Position numbers and translations under genes: made by a program. A DNA stretch of 43,231 nucleotides from Chiloscyllium plagiosum (taxonomy: Eukaryota), in NCBI RefSeq assembly GCF_004010195.1, contig NC_057754.1, positions 10,195,060 to 10,238,290 of the forward strand, given 5' to 3'. The notes below the pieces were generated by a model. The model was not told the DNA's origin, did no database searches, and saw only the letters and a list, made by a program, of their open reading frames with translations. Positions 33,300 to 43,231 of the stretch are shown here, piece after piece. The stretch's first letter is position 1, and each line of letters starts with the position of its first letter.

Positions 33300-33710
33300 G
33301 GTCACACCAACTAGCCACGAAATGACATGACCAGCTATCCTTCGTAGCCACACACTCAGATGACAAGCAACATGAGTTCGACTGGGACAACACTACTATT
33401 ATAGGACAAGCCAAACAGAGAACAGCCAGGGAATGCCTAGAGCCATGGCACTAATCCACAGGATCAATCAATAAGCACATTGACCTGGACCCAATATACC
33501 GGCCACTGCAGGAACTGACAACCAGAAGCGGCAGATACAAATCACTATAAATGCTGGAGGAAACATCACAGAAGCGCTTCACAGGAGGCTCCCAAGCACT
33601 GAGGATGTCACCCAGACGGGACAAAACGTCTGCGACACAAATTCCCAGCTCGGTAAATAGAACCACAACAACGAGCACCCGAGCTACAAATCTTCTCCCA
33701 AACTTTGAAC
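33300..33710 (+). mobile_element. PLE family A 3' end (GIY-YIG C-terminus, UTR, mutated hammerhead)
   Basis: HQLATK*HDQLSFVATHSDDKQHEFDWDNTTIIGQAKQRTARECLEPWH*STGSINKHIDLDPIYRPLQ; GCACTGAGGATGTC..GACAAAACGTCTGC near 33596-33633. Confidence 0.87.
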
Positions 33711-34255
33711 CTAGGGTTTATGTCACGCTACATGTAACCCTACACTATTCTGTATCTGTAAAATCTTTCTTACCCCGTCCTGTTTTGACACCATCTTGAT
33801 AACTTATGATCTATTTACTTTTGTTAGTTTGTACAGTTTTGGATTATTTATTACTTTGGTTACACCCTCGGCATGCAACTCGTGTAACTGTCATGTCATT
33901 GGTTTGTCTCCAGCACCACCTTATTCTGAATTTTTTTGTAATTATCTTTCTGCCTCAACTAATCGGATAATAGTCACCTTGCTATTGATGTTGACACTTT
34001 GCTCACACCATCTGACGCTTTTGATCACCTGCAGAGACTTATTATTCAACCTGTCGACCTCCACTCACACCATTTGTGTGGTCTTTTGATCTTACTGCAT
34101 ATAAATTCTGTGCCTGTGCGTTTCTCTTCACTTCACCTGACAAAGGAGCAGCACTCCAAAAGTTTGTGACTTCAAATAAACCTGTTGAACTATAACCTGG
34201 TGCTGTGTGATGACTGATCTTATCCACCTCAGTCCAACACCAACACCTCCACATC
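33711..34255 (+). mobile_element. PLE family C-related 3' end
   Basis: Begins with the ORF end LGFMSRYM*; ends CACCTGACAAAGGAGCAGCACTCCAAAAG..AAATAAACCTGTTGAACTATAACCTGGTG..CAGTCCAACACCAACACCTCCACATC. Confidence 0.78.
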
Positions 34256-34356
34256 TCTGATCATGAATACTTGACGCTCTTCCAAATAAGTTTCTAAATT
34301 TGCAAAATTATTCAGGGATCATAACTTCCCTTACATTCTCAAAACATTTCTCTCAG

Positions 34357-35020
34357 TTAGAACATTACAGCGGAGTACTGGCCTTTGAGTCTCAATGGTG
34401 CGCCAACCTGTGGAACCAATCTGAAGCCCTCTAACCTACACTATTCCATTTTCATTCATATGTCTATGCAATGACCATTTAAATGCCCTTAACTTTGGTG
34501 AGTCTACTACTGTTGCAGGCAGGCCATTCTGCACCCCTATTACTCTGAGTAAAGAAACTACCTTGGACATCTGTCACCCCTCAATTTAAAGCTATGTCCC
34601 TTCGTACTACCCATCACCATCGGAGGAAAAAGGCTCTCACTGTCCACACTGTCTAACCCTTTGATTATCTTGTATTTCTCAGTTAAATCACCTCTCAACC
34701 TTCTTCTCTCTGACGAAAACAGCCTCAAGTCCCTCAGCCTTTCCTCATAAGACCTTCCGTCCATACCAGGCAACATCCTAGTACATCTCCTCTGAACTCT
34801 TTGCAAAGCTTCCACATCCTTCCCATAATGCGGTGACCAGAACTGTATGGGAGAGAGGCCGCACCAGAGATTTGTACAGCTGCAGCATGACCTCATGGCT
34901 CTGAAACTCAAACCCTCTACCAATAAAAGTTAACACACAGTACGCCTTCTTAACAACCCTATCAAGCTGGATGGCAACTTTCAGGGATCTGTGTACAAGG
35001 ACACAGAGATCGCTCTGCTC
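34357..35020 (-). mobile_element. CR1 3' end
   Basis: QFWSPHYGKDVEALQRVQRRCTRMLPGMDGRSYEERLRDLRLFSSERRRLRGDL. Confidence 0.9.
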
Positions 35021-35348
35021 AAGTTGACTGATCCTAGAGTGTGTCTTTCTCCCTTAAAAATTCTACAAATATCTGATTAGGTTTCTTTCTTGTACACCTA
35101 CATTTCAATTAATGCTGACACCTCTGATATGGAAAGTTCTACTCAGACTTTGTGAAAACACTTGCCAGTAAAAAAAAATGGTGGTGCCCAAATTAGCACA
35201 ATAAATCTGAGTGACTGGAATGGAAGGACTTCATTGGCAGTACATTGGGATAGGGGGATGATTCTCACTTTAGGGGCTGTACAGGACAGACATGCGAGAT
35301 GTGCAGAGTTCAAATCCTGGACAAGCTCCCATTGACTGTTTTTATTCT

Positions 35349-35688
35349 GGGTGGCTCAGTGGTTAGCACTGCTGCCTCACAGCACCAGGGATCCAGGTTC
35401 AATTCCAACCTCAAGGCGACTGCGTGTATGGAGTTTGCACATTCTCCCAGCATCTGTATGGGTTTGCTCCAGTATTCTCCCATTGTCAAAAGATGCGCAG
35501 ATTTGGTGGATTGGCCATGCTAAATTGCCCATAGTGTCCAGGGACGTGCATGTTAGTGGGTTAGCCTTGGGAAATACAGTGTTACAAGGATAGGGTAGAA
35601 GGGTGGGTCCAGGCGAGATGCTGTTTAGAGGATCGGTGTGGACTCAATGGACCAAATGACCTGCTTCCACACTGTAGAGACTCTGTGA
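35349..35688 (+). mobile_element. Older HE1-type SINE
   Basis: GGTGGCTCAGTGGTTAGCACTGCTGCCTCACAGCACCAGGGATCCAGGTTCAATTCC head; TGGCCATGCTAAATTGCCC core; LINE-like tail. Confidence 0.85.
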
Positions 35689-35724
35689 CTACTGGGAGGG
35701 GTTAGAGGGTGTCAGGACAATATC

Positions 35725-36444
35725 CTCTTCAGTTCACAAGCTTTAGATACAAACTTACAATCATTGAATATTGCTGCTTTGACTGTTTCATATGCTGTTG
35801 ATTGTTGTCTGAGCTGGTGTACAGTCAGAGCTGTACCTGTTGAAATACTTCATAACATTAAGATCCTCTTGGCCATTTTGTCTGTCCAACTACCTGCTCA
35901 AATTAGGTAAAATACGTGTTGACTCCATCCTTTTTAAATTGAGACACAAAGCTCGGGTAAATCAATTTCCTCAGTGGAACCATAATCGTCTTTCAGACTA
36001 CCTATTTCTTCCTTCTCTGTTCTAAGTTTTCCTTTGACAAACTCATTTTCTCCAATTTCCTTCTCTTTGGAGTTTGCTTATTTGAAATCCATTTCATTTT
36101 CTCTCTCTCTCTCCATTATTCCATGTTTTTCTTCATCTTCTCATTCTGTTACTCTCCAATTTACATTTTCTTCAATTTCCAGTCTTATTTTTATTTTTCA
36201 TTCGCCAAGTCCTGTCTTTTTTCATTTATACCAGCTAATTCCAACTGAGACACCCTGGTTCTAAGTTTCCTTTCTTCAATTCTAAATGTTGTATAATGAT
36301 TTCAAGGATCTTGTCCTTACAATATCTTACACTAACGTCTACCTTCAATTTTTCTGCTCTCAATTTAGCTTTCATTACAAATTTTAGATAATCCATTGTT
36401 ATATCTTGAACTGCCAGAAAATTCTTAGCAACATCCAAATCCAT
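35725..36444 (-). mobile_element. Second Gmr1-like gypsy gag remnant
   Basis: MDLDVAKNFL..KDKILEIIIQHLEL, E/K/R-rich coiled coil, then FVSQFKKDGVNTYFT*FEQVVGQTKWP and AYETVKAAIFNDCKFVSKA, resembling the Gmr1-type gag pattern F.E..VD.YF..FE......WP ... Y..VK.AIL.AY.L..EAYRQ. Confidence 0.68.
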
Positions 36445-36597
36445 TGTTAGGTTTTAAATTCTGCCCTCCCCACCCCCCACAGTTGCTTCATGTCCCAGAA
36501 CCATTCCATAGCTTTTAGTTTAACAAGACAGACACAGATCCCTTTTAAATCGAATTTACTCTGAAATCCCATCAACAGTCCCCAGTTGCCCTCTACT

Positions 36598-37760
36598 TGT
36601 TATGATCCCAGCTGATGTTATTGTTGGAGAAGCCAAACAGAAACCTGATAATTTGATTTGATATTAATAATATGGTCTCTTATTGAAACAAAGTGTACAA
36701 TGCTGCAGACTTTGCTTTAACAATAAAACAGAAGTTTATTAGCAAGAGATAAATATAAAACAAAATAAGCCAAGCTATTTACTTACAAAAGAAATTCAGT
36801 TTTTTTAAACAGCACAGTAAGTGTATAATCCCACTAATCACAAAAAAATTGTAAAGAAACAAAACAGCCTTTATATATAATACCCAAAACATCACTCATT
36901 GAAACATAGAAACTAGAAGCAGGAATAGACTATTCAGCCTTTCAAGCCTGCTCCACCATTCAGTATGATCGTGACTGATCCTCATCTCTACCATCTTCCC
37001 ACTTCCTCCCTGTACTGCCTGTTGCCTTTAAAATCTAAAAAAAATTATCCAACTGTTTCTTGAACATATTCAGCGACTTGGCTTCACAGCCTTCTGTAGT
37101 AGAGAATTCCACAAGTTCACTATTGTTTCAGTGAACAAATGTTTCATCATCGCAGTCCTAAGACTTATGCAGTACTCACACCAGAGCCCATGTGTCCAAC
37201 ACCTTTGTAGGTTTAAGACACTTCTTGCTTGGACTGAAACTAGAGATATTTCTCCATGGAGCTACATGGCTTAAAATCTACTCAGCTTTAAATAACGGCT
37301 TAAGGTTTTAATTCCAACACCCCTGGTTTGGGACAAACTCTAACTGTTCATTTTTAGGTAACCTCGTTCATTATACCTCCTTGCCTCTTTGCAACTGCAT
37401 AGACATCGTATTCCAATAATCTCAGCTGGCTGCTCAAAACTCAATAAAACTGAAACCTAAAGTTTCCCTCTCAAAGTCATGGGGATTTCCCTTAAATGTT
37501 AAGAACAGAAGTTTCTAGGAATCTGTATCAAACCTTGAGGCCCCATTAATTTTCTTGCTGGATTGCACAACACCATTAGTAGTGCACACAAACACATTCA
37601 ATCTACAGCCAGGCCTTCAAAAACTGGTTTTAAAATAAATCACCATGGCTACAATATGTACAATCTAATTATTAACTTAACAGAAAACACACCAATTATT
37701 AACTCAAATACCAAACCAAAATTGCAATACATGATATTCAATATATATGTATATGTACAG
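36598..37760 (-). mobile_element. Probable 5' LTR of the second gypsy element (far boundary uncertain; CR1 3' UTR inserted near 36900-37160)
   Basis: TGTTA terminus at 36598; on the minus strand it is followed after a short spacer by TGGGGACTGTTGATGGGAT (degenerate PBS-Pro) and then gag. Confidence 0.5.
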
Positions 37761-37789
37761 TAGGTTAATACAGAAGACAAAAATCACAT

Positions 37790-38765
37790 GAGTGAGGGCT
37801 AATTTCTGAACTTGGATTGGAGGATTGAATAACCAATAAGATAGTTCAGATAAATGGGTCCTTTCTGGTTGGCAGTCAGTGGGGTGCCACAGGGTACAGT
37901 CCTTGGGCCCCAGCTATTTACAATCCTCATTAATGCCTTCGATACAGGATAAAATGTATTACAGCTAAGTTTGCAGATGACACTCTAATAGATGGAAAAA
38001 TTCATTGCAATGATGAAATAAGAAATTTAAGAAATGGATATGGATACATTATGTGAGTGGGCCAAATTTTGGCAGATGAAATTTAACATGGGTTGGTGTG
38101 AGGTTATTAATTTTGGTCAGAGGAATAGAAAAGCAATTTATTATCTACCGTAAGTGGAGAGAACTATCAGAGTTCTTCGGAGCAGAGGGATCTGGGTGTC
38201 CTCATGTATTAATCGCAGAAAACTAGTATTAGGTCTCACAGTTTATAAAGGAAGACAAATGGAATTTGGCAGTTATTGCTATTGGAATACAGTATAAAAG
38301 TAGGGATGTGTTGCTGTAACTGCACAAGGCATTTGTTTGACCACATCTGAAGTAACATGCATAATTTCAGTCCCTTTACTTGAGAATGGACGTAGTTGTA
38401 TTGGAAGCCTCGTCAGTGGAGGTTCACTAGATTCATTCCAGAGTTGAGGGGTTAGTTACGATCAGAGATTGAGTATGAATAGAGATTCAGCAGTTTAAGC
38501 CGATACTCTCTGGAGTTTAGAAGAGTGAGAGAAGATCTAACTGAGGGATATAAGATGCTAAGGGGATTGACAAAGTTGACTTAGAAAAGATGTTTCCTTC
38601 TGGGGCAATTGCGAATGAGGGGTCATAACTTTTGGGTGTAGGTTAACAGATTTAAAACAGGTAAGGAAAAATTACTTATCCCCAAGGGTTGTGAATTGGT
38701 GGATTCACTATTCCAGAGTATGATGGATGCTGGGTCATTGAGTAGGTTTAAGGAGTCACTTGAGG
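37790..38765 (+). mobile_element. Old CR1 RT-to-3' fragment
   Basis: GVPQGTVLGPQLFTILIN, AKFADDT, YSLEFRRVREDLTEGYKML. Confidence 0.85.
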
Positions 38766-39539
38766 TAGTTTACAGAAGGTAAGTAAGGCAAAGCTCTCAG
38801 AATTAACAGTCAAGCTGCAGTTGAGGTTGCGTGTGCCTGAGAAAAAGGGAGGTAAGTGCAGCAGGAGCTCAGCATTTACAATTACCAGGAATACAGTCAG
38901 AATCATTGGAAATAACTAAAATCTAATTGCAAATGGAGAAAAAAGCATAGTCCTGGTAACAAAAAGCAAAAGAGAGGCAAAAGCAAAAGACAAGGATATG
39001 GATCGAGGTTTTGAACTTCAAATTAAACAACATCTTCCACTGACCCAATCAATCAAAATCTCTGTAGTCTTAGATAACCTTCTTCACTGTCCACTATCCC
39101 AGCAATTTTGGTGTCATTCACAAACTTATTAATCACACCTTCTGTATTCGCATTTAAAATCATTTTTATAAATGACAAGCAAAAATGAACAAAGTGATGG
39201 ATGACCATCTCACTCAGCTCCTGCTTTTGCCTCAGCCAGGCTGTTCCAATGCATTATACAACTGAGGTTGGTACAATAAATTGAACAAAAAAACAACCAG
39301 CTATGTCATGTCCACAAAAGTAAGACAAATCTAATCCTACGAATTAATTCTGTTCTCCATTCTCAGCAAAATGATGGAATTGGGCAACATTTCTATCAGA
39401 CAGTATTGACTCAGCAATAACCAGCTCACTGATCCACCAGGGCCACCATTGCAGATTGTTGGGGTACACTCATGTCCTTTTGGGAAAGAAACTGCCACCC
39501 TTACCCAGACTGACTTACACATGTAATTGCATGCATTTT

Positions 39540-40370
39540 ATCCTTTGCTATTTCCGCCACCTACAATCAGATCCCACCACCAGAGATGTATTTCCCTCCC
39601 CAGTCCAAAATGTGTTCCGCAGAGACCATTCCCTCCATGACTCCCTCGTTAGATCCATGCCTCTCCCACCAACCCATCCTCCACTCCTGGCACCTTCCTT
39701 TGGCACCGCAAGAGGTGTAAAACCTGCGCCCACACCTCCCCCCCCACCTCCATTCAAGGCCCCAAAGGATCCTTCCACATCTGGTAGAGATTGTCCTGCA
39801 TGTCCAAACACCTCATCTACTCTGTCCATTGCTCTTGATGTGGTCTTCTCTACATAGGTGAGACAGGATGCCAACTTGCGGGACATTTCAGAGAACATCT
39901 TTGGGACACACACATCAATCAACGCCGCTGCCCAGTGACCGAACACTTCAACTCCCCCTCCCACTCTGCCAAGGACATGCAAGTCCTCCATCGCCAAATT
40001 TTAGCCACCCGATGCTGGGAGGAACACTTCATCTTTCACCTTGGGACCCTCCAATCTCACAGGATCAACGTGGATTTCACCAGCTTCCTCATTTCCCCTC
40101 CCCCCACCTTATCGCAGATCCAACCTTCCAACTCGGCACCGCCCTCTTGAACTGTCCTACCTGTCCATCTTCCTCCCCACCTATCTGCTCCACCCAACCT
40201 CATCCACCTATCGCATTCCCAGCCACATTTCTCCCAGCCCCAGCCTCACCGCGCCTCATTTATCTCTCAGCCCCCCTTGGGCCACCCCTACATTCCTGCT
40301 AAGAGCTTATGCTCCTCTCCTGCTCCTCAGATGGTGCCTGACTGGCTGTTCTTTTCCAGCACATTTTTTG
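39540..40370 (+). mobile_element. PLE family B (Neptune-like) 3' half: linker Cys motif, GIY-YIG endonuclease, UTR
   Basis: FRHLQSDPTTRDVFPSP..FRRDHSLHDSLVRS, KRCKTCAH, LIYSVHCS*CGLLYIGETG..FREHL, VTEHFNSPSHS, FHLGTLQSHRINVDF; decayed hammerhead/tail at 40292-40362. Confidence 0.9.
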
Positions 40371-41032
40371 ACTTTAAAGTGAGAAGGACCAGACCAGATG
40401 AGAGCAAAAGCTGTTAAAAATTGCAGCTAACAGAGGGAAGTTAGACACTCCGCGATTTAGTGGAAAGTGGGTCGAGGACTAGCTGTTGGGTCTTATGGAC
40501 CTGAAGACCTCTGGGAGGTTGGAGAGGAACTGGAGGAAGATGTGAGTTCAGGGGTCAAACAAGATGGAACTTCAGAGACAATTTCAGGGAAAGGAAGGAC
40601 ACCAAGAGGCAGCTCATTGGATTGTCTAACTCTGAATGACAAAGAGATTCCATGAACACCTCACAGAATGGAAGATAAAGAAAGGAAAAAAAAAATTCAA
40701 GAGAGAGTACTAAAGACTTTAGAAAGCCTCATTTGGCTGTGAATTTAACATAAACGTGATAATAGTCTTGATTAAAACCCATAACTGGGCTGAAATTTAA
40801 AGATCAACAGAAGAACATGGCTGTGGCTTAATGTGATTAACAGCAAAATCCAATTCCTCCAGTCAGAAGGAGGTCAACTCAAAGAACACCAACATGTATT
40901 AGAGATTTTAAAACTACTTGATACATTACATTTAAGACAAAATTTCATTGTCACCCAGGTCATCCGGCAGAGGAGGGGGGGGAAGAAAACACGATGACAC
41001 AGGGGCTTCTTCACAGTAACAACCAGTCGCTG

Positions 41033-42037
41033 TCATTGCTCATGAACCCGCTGGTGATGCAGCAGTTTGGATTTCATAGTGAATCCCTTCCCACACTCGG
41101 TACAGGTGAATGGTCTCTCCCCAGTGTGAATCCGCTGGTGTACAGTGAGTTGCGTTGACCACTTGAACCCAGTCCCACAGTGAGAGCACCTGAAGGGTCT
41201 CTCGTCTGTGTGAACACGTTGATGGGACACCAGGTCTCCAGATCTTTTAAAGCATTTCTCACAGTCTGAACAGTTGAAAGGTCTTTCCTCTGTGTGGAGT
41301 CGCTGGTGTTTCAGCAGGTTGGATTTCTGAGTGAATCCCTTGCCACACTCAGGGCAGGTGAATGGCCTCTCCCCAGTGTGTGTTTGCTGATGTACAGTGA
41401 GTTGGAACGACTGCCTGAACCCAGCTCCACAGTGGGAGCACACGAACGGTCTCCGATCAGTGTGAACCCGTTGATGTGACATCAGGTCCCCAGACCTTTT
41501 ATAGCATTTCCCACAGTCTGAGCACTGAAAAGGTCTCTCCTCTGTGTGAACTTGCTGGTGTTTCAGTAGGATTGATTTCCGAGCGAATGTCTTCCCACAT
41601 TCTGAGCAGCTGAATGGTCTCTCCCCAGTGTGAATCCGTTGGTGTTCAATGAGGTCAGACGATTGCTTGAACCCAGCCCCACAGTGAGAGCAACTGAAGG
41701 GTCTCTCGCCAGTGTGAACACGTCGATGTAACTTGAGGGCCCCTGAACGTTTATAGCACTTTCCACAGTCCAGGCATTGAAAAGGTCTCTCCTCAGTGTG
41801 AACTTGCTGGTGTTTCCGCAGGATGGACGATCGCATGAATCCTTTCCCACACTCGGAGCAGACAAATGGCATTTGTCCAGTGTGAATGTATTTATGTTGT
41901 GAGAGGGCAGATGACCTGCTGAAGCCTTGTCCACACGTACAACATGTGTACGGTTTCTCCCCACTGTGAATGGTGCTTTTTCCTTCCATGTTCAAAATCC
42001 AATGATATTTAGGCTGCAATAAACTGGGCAACGCCAT
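41033..42037 (-). CDS. Poly-C2H2 zinc-finger protein, 11 tandem fingers
   Basis: Uninterrupted ORF with 11 canonical fingers and TGERPF/TEERPF linkers. ATGs at 42037 and at 41989 ([14 protein letters not shown], homologous to the start of the other gene). The frame stays open back to the acceptor at 42098, so an upstream coding exon outside the window is possible. Confidence 0.93.
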   Translation of the reverse strand: MALPSLLQPKYHWILNMEGKSTIHSGEKPYTCCTCGQGFSRSSALSQHKYIHTGQMPFVCSECGKGFMRSSILRKHQQVHTEERPFQCLDCGKCYKRSGALKLHRRVHTGERPFSCSHCGAGFKQSSDLIEHQRIHTGERPFSCSECGKTFARKSILLKHQQVHTEERPFQCSDCGKCYKRSGDLMSHQRVHTDRRPFVCSHCGAGFRQSFQLTVHQQTHTGERPFTCPECGKGFTQKSNLLKHQRLHTEERPFNCSDCEKCFKRSGDLVSHQRVHTDERPFRCSHCGTGFKWSTQLTVHQRIHTGERPFTCTECGKGFTMKSKLLHHQRVHEQ

Positions 42038-42097
42038 CAGATCTGAAGTGATGTTCGGTTTTAATCTCCTCACTGCAAATCTTCTCCTTGTAAAACT

Positions 42098-42125
42098 CTG
42101 TGAAATTGGTTGAAAACATAAAAAG
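42098..42125 (-). other. Splice acceptor of the second zinc-finger exon
   Basis: Minus strand TTTTATGTTTTCAACCAATTTCACAG|AGTTTTACAAGGAGAAGATTTGCAG. Confidence 0.75.
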
Positions 42126-42159
42126 GGAGGTGGAGTGAGAACACAGAAAAAGAAACAAA

Positions 42160-43040
42160 GGTGATAAGACCATAAGATGTAGGACGAGAAAGAGGTAATT
42201 CAACCCAGTGAGGCTGCTGTCACCATTCAATGAGATCGTGGCTGATCTGTTAATCCTCAGCTCAACCTTCCTGCCTTGTCCCCTAACTGATTAAAATTGG
42301 ATTATCACAGTCTTGGATACATTGAGCAGCCCAACCTTTACAGTCCTCTGCAGTCAAGAATGACAGATTCAGTACCCCCTTAGCGAAGGAATTCCTCCAC
42401 ATCTCTGTCTTAAATATGGGATTACTTACACGGAGATTATGTTCTCCGGTCCTAGACTGTTAAACAAGAAGAAACAATCTCTCTGATCTACCCTGTCAAA
42501 CCTCTAAGAATCTTTTATTTTGAATAAGGTCTTCTCTCATTCTTCTAAGCTCCAATGAGCAAGCTGGGCCTGTACTCAATTTCATCTCCTGAGAAAATCA
42601 TCTCATGACCGGGATCAATCTCTCCAACATTCTATAGACTGCCTACCCAAAAATAAGGAGAGTAAAACTGGTCACAGTATTGCAGGTGTAATCTGACAAA
42701 TGTCTTGTCCAGTTTTAGCAACGTATCCCTAATTAAATAGAATAGGGTATAAAAATAAGGGTCAACCTTTCTGATTAAAGGAATCTACCATGCCTGCCTC
42801 TACCACCTCTGCTGGCAACGTGTTCCAAATGCCCACCACCCTCTGTGTGAAGTACCTGCCGGGTGTATCCCCGTTAAACTTTCCACCTCTCACCTTGAAA
42901 GCATGATCTCTCGTTATTGAATCCTTCACCCTGGGAAAAAGCTTGTCTCTATCCACCCTGTCTATACCCTTCATGATTTTGTAAACCTCAATCAGGTCCC
43001 CCCTCAATCTCCTTTTTTTCTAGTGAAAATAAACCTATCC
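42160..43040 (-). mobile_element. Two CR1 3' fragments
   Basis: RGDLIEVYKIMKGIDRVDRDKLFP..YFTQRVVGIWNTLP (42762-43007); an older copy with its 3' UTR at 42160-42730. Confidence 0.85.
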
Positions 43041-43044
43041 TACT

Positions 43045-43231
43045 CTGTTGCCTCCCTGGTGCCAGGGTCCGGGACGTCTCCGATCGGGTGTATAAGGTTC
43101 TAAAAGGGGAGGGCGAACAGCCAGAAATCTTGTTACATATTGGCACTAATGATATAGCCAGGAAAAGGATCGAGGATATAAAAAGTGATTTCAGGGAGTT
43201 AGGATGGAAGCTGCAAAGCAGGACGAACAGA
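43045..43231 (+). mobile_element. CR1 ORF1 SGNH-esterase fragment (runs off the window)
   Basis: CCLPGARVRDVSDRVYKVLKGEGEQPEILLHIGTNDIARKRIEDIKSDFRELGWKL. Confidence 0.9.

Noticed and set aside
41074..41964. Alternative-frame and antisense ORFs overlapping the ZNF genes (also 17345-17587)
   Set aside because: By-products of the repetitive finger codon pattern.

Overview
Vertebrate genomic DNA, almost certainly from a cartilaginous fish (shark or ray), inferred from HE1-type tRNA-derived SINEs and their partner CR1/HER1-type LINEs. The window is part of a tandem C2H2 zinc-finger gene cluster. It holds two intact minus-strand poly-zinc-finger coding exons (14 and 11 fingers, no KRAB/SCAN/BTB visible), two or three decayed paralogues on the same strand, and a CpG-rich NRF1/YY1-type promoter with a short first exon that probably drives the 14-finger gene. 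Most of the rest is nested transposon debris: CR1 LINEs, HE1 SINEs, two Tigger-like MITEs, two Gmr1-like gypsy 5' remnants (LTR, PBS, gag) and the 3' part of an env-bearing endogenous retrovirus. There are about a dozen Penelope-like element (PLE) ends from three families, carrying about 15 minimal hammerhead-ribozyme motifs; five of these insertions form fold-back inverted structures. Three unique-looking, possibly once-coding tracts remain unexplained. An 839-N assembly gap lies at 20940-21778. TE boundaries are approximate, read by eye, and no database searches were run.
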